From assembly GCF_009914755.1 (NCBI RefSeq), contig NC_060942.1: a stretch of DNA of 64,000 nucleotides. One strand, written 5' to 3'. A program made the position numbers and the translations under genes. This DNA comes from the human T2T-CHM13v2.0 reference genome, Homo sapiens. Below are positions 60,562 to 64,000 of the stretch, piece after piece (positions within the stretch are counted from its first letter, which is position 1; each line of letters begins with the position of its first letter). Under the pieces are notes generated by a model. That model ran no database searches. It saw only the letters and a program-made list of their open reading frames with translations, and was not told the origin of the DNA.

Positions 60562-63233
60562 AAAACTCCAGCAAAGTCCATTACTGTTCTCCATTTTATA
60601 GTTACAGAAACTGGAGGGAAGAAAAACCTAAAGAATAGAAAAGATGAAATAACCCTTTATGGTTCCTCCCAGGTAGATCATTTTGGGGTTTTTCAAACCA
60701 CAGAGTCACTGCACCATGAGTTACTTCAGTTTTCTTCCTTGTTTCCAGTTAATCATATTCTCTGCTCTAAGCTCTTTAGTGATAGCTCATGTCACAAAAG
60801 GCCAGGATGAGAGATGATGGTTGTGCTGATAGGTGAGTGAATTCACGGAGCAGAGACAGAAATGAGGGAGAACGCACCCAGAGAAAGGTGCACAGGGGCT
60901 TACATCACTGGGCCCTTTGATTGGTGTTTTTGACATGAACACAAAGAAAAATATTTGAAAATGTCAAACAAAACCTCACTGATTTTCTACCTTGAGTAGA
61001 AGAATTCAAATGTTTTGAATGCTTAATATTTGATCCCAGGAATCAGAGAATTGTGGGAAAAGACCTCCAATTTTTCTTGGTTTCAATTCAAGGGTGTTCA
61101 AAATGATATACAGTATTTTACATGGCCTATTCAAAAAATTATTTTATTTTGAATAACCAAGGGCTGATAATATAATTCATGCCTTTTATCTTAGCATGTA
61201 AAAGTGCTACATAAGTAGAATGGTAGCATAATACACATTTTAATCAGAACAAGGGCAGAGCAACGAAGGCAATGCTTTTTATTTTTGTTAGAGGAGAATG
61301 GTGAGAAAATATAAAAAAACATTTAGACATTCAAAATTCTAGTTCTAGAGTTAAAAAAAAAAAAAAAACAAAAAAAAAAACAAAACACTTTTTCCCCAAT
61401 GTGTAATATGCAATCAAAAGCACTCATGCCTCTACTGTTTTCCAGAAGAATAAATATGAAAGTTATAATTACTATGAAAGTTATAATTACTTTTATATTA
61501 GACTAGATTTTTTTCTGGAGATGTTTTTAAAAGGGGAAGAAAAATCAGATAAACTTATAGACATGCTCATATTTAAAAATAAATGAAAAAGCCACAAAAA
61601 CAGTCAATAGCAAGCTTCCATCTTTACTCCTTACACTGAATATTTTCCCATTTCTGAGGCTGCCTCAATTCATCTTATGTCTTATCAAGAATTGTGGGAT
61701 CAACAATCATCTCTGTGATTGTCATAGTTACAATAAATTTTATATATGAAAAGCAGAGGAATAAAAGCTACCAATCCTGGGTTTACCACTGGAAGGATCA
61801 GAAGGAGCTGTCCCCTGTTATCCAGGTAGGAATATTTGTAGACAATGTATTAAAAAGTGATCTTCAAGGCATAAAAGGTCTTGGTGTCAGACTCAATATT
61901 AAGTCCCTCTTTTCATTTGCTTGACTTTTTATAGCTAATTAACAATCTAGCCATTGTTTCCCTTATCTGTAAAATGAGACTAATACTAGGTTCCAACTCT
62001 CATGAGATTGTCGTTGGGACTAAATAAGATAATGCCTCTAAATGCACAGCACCTAGAAGAGGTTGTCATTATCATTTTTATCATTTAATATTTCCATTTT
62101 TCTCTGAGGCTATGGCTACACTCACAAACTGGCTTGTCAGATTCTATTTTTAAAAAGATTGCATTTAGTTGATCCATTTTTCAGATATTTGTAATAGTTA
62201 CAGATAACATTTTCACTTTTAGAGAGTCTTGTTGTACTGTTTGCATATTGTTTAAATGCATAGAAGTATTGTTAGGGCACTAGCCTATGCTCTTGGTGCA
62301 GAAGAGCCACTGAAATGTGCTGGGGAGTTGGAAAGTCCTCAGCAATATTACTTACCTTCTTGGTAACCGAGATCTTTGAGCTTCTGAAAGGACCTTAGTT
62401 CCCATAAACAATTTGACCCTGAGGCTGGGAAGTAATGTTATTCCAGGAGAATGGATGAGAGTGATCAAAGGCAGAGAGATGAGGAGGTGTAAGGTGAAGT
62501 CTAAAGGTGGGGCTTGAGAAGGTGGCTTGGTATCTTAAATTTGTGACTGTCAAGGGCTAGGCTAAGCTGGAGAAATCTGATCTGCTTCAGGTCAGAGTAG
62601 CCATTAGCTGATCAAGAAAACAAGCCGAGATGAAAGTGACAGTCAAGCCTTTAATCACTGAACTGCAATTGTACAAGGAAGAGGTTAACCAGAGAACACA
62701 CCCATTCTCCCCAGTCCTGCTTTCCCCCACGGAGCAGCACCTGTGGAGGGTCAAGTGGACCAACATAGACAAGGGGTTGTCTCCCTGATGAGGGAGCTCT
62801 GAACCAAAGCTTCCCGCAGTTTCATGGTCCCTGGGGCTGGAGAGGTGGAGAGGAAAGAGCTAAGAATGGGAAATTACTGCACACTGAGAGTGGAGAAAAG
62901 TGTCTTCAAGGTTTTCTTCTGCTTCCGCCATAAAGAGAACCAGGCAGAGGTACCTCTGCTTGAAGGCCCAGACAAAGAACCTCTGAATGATGGTGCCTGG
63001 GCTGGAAATACAGATGTGCATAAGAGCATGGCCAGCCAGGGCGAATGAGTCCTTGCCTGCAACTTCCTTTGGAGGTTGCAGTGGCTGCGCACTAAGTCTG
63101 GTATGGGGAAGGCAGGTTCCCTCTATGTGATCTGCCAGGCAAAGCCTTTTTGACTGACCATGGCCAGGTCTGGAAAATCACACATGGAGTTTTAGCTAGA
63201 AGCCAGACTCCTCAATAGAAGGTAGTCCTATAG

Positions 63234-63359
<126 letters not shown>

Positions 63360-64000
63360 TAAAGCATGCGCAGTCTTTTTAAAAAGTTTTCCTGCTTCTC
63401 TTTAGTTGCAACAAAATTTTTCAAACAGGGAAGAAATGGTGGGCTTGTAGTAAAGAACAAACAGGAAGACTGAGTCTTAATCAATCACTGGTAACAAAGG
63501 GAAACTACAGCAGCTGCAAATTTCAAGGGAAGACAAGTGTGTTAAAACATTTGATTTAGAAAGTAAAGGAGAGCTAATTGGCTAGTGTAGACCTGTAAAC
63601 AACCTACAAAAAGACCTATATGCTTAATGATATAAGTTTCCAATGGGACAGCCAGGAAGATATTACTTTGTAGTTGTTCTAATTTGCATTTAGGACTAAA
63701 TGAATTGGCATACATAAAACACCTAACACATTATCTGAAACATAGTATTTGTTCAATCGATATCTGCTCCATTTTCCCAAGTAAGTTGAAGAGGGGGTAA
63801 ATATACAAAATGACCTACTCAGTGACTATATATTAGATACCTACTACTGTAAGCTTTCTTCATGATAAGGTAAGGCCATTGCCTGTAAAGAGTATTTATT
63901 CTTATTGGGGACATAGAAAATGAAATTTAACCCTATCATGATAGTATCTAAGAACCAAATAAATGCAAGAAAGTAATAGGATACCACTGTCAATGACAAC

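Noticed and set aside
61455-61490. Perfect 18-bp tandem duplication tatgaaagttataattac
   Set aside because: Ordinary slippage indel with no functional context.
62530-63230. GC-richer block possibly an old ERVL-type LTR
   Set aside because: Could not assign family or termini by eye.

Overview
AT-rich primate genomic DNA, almost certainly human, from inside DCC (netrin-1 receptor) on the + strand. Four canonical GT-AG coding exons (266-420, 26505-26653, 29009-29147, 36878-36927; exons 9-12 by recalled numbering) splice in frame. They encode the end of fibronectin-III repeat 1, all of FN2 and the start of FN3. The rest is intron, holding the MIR4528 hairpin (58427-58516), about 19 Alus (two nested pairs), L1/L2/MIR/MaLR/DNA-transposon remnants and microsatellites. 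Nearly all ORF-track entries are non-coding noise. Top leads: (1) a candidate frame-preserving neural microexon (15 or 21 nt, 36642/36648-36662) with SRRM4-type architecture that would lengthen the FN2-FN3 linker; (2) a fossil multi-template-switch insertion at 42657-42922 creating a non-Alu ~200-bp inverted repeat with 40433-40629 plus a 50-bp inverted repeat; (3) an antisense Alu with a perfect donor defining an in-frame 117-nt exon; (4) an orphan ~100-bp L1 RT fragment with a fold-back junction; (5) a 288-nt symmetric exon pair bracketed by inverted Alus. All were read by eye; no alignment or database search was run.
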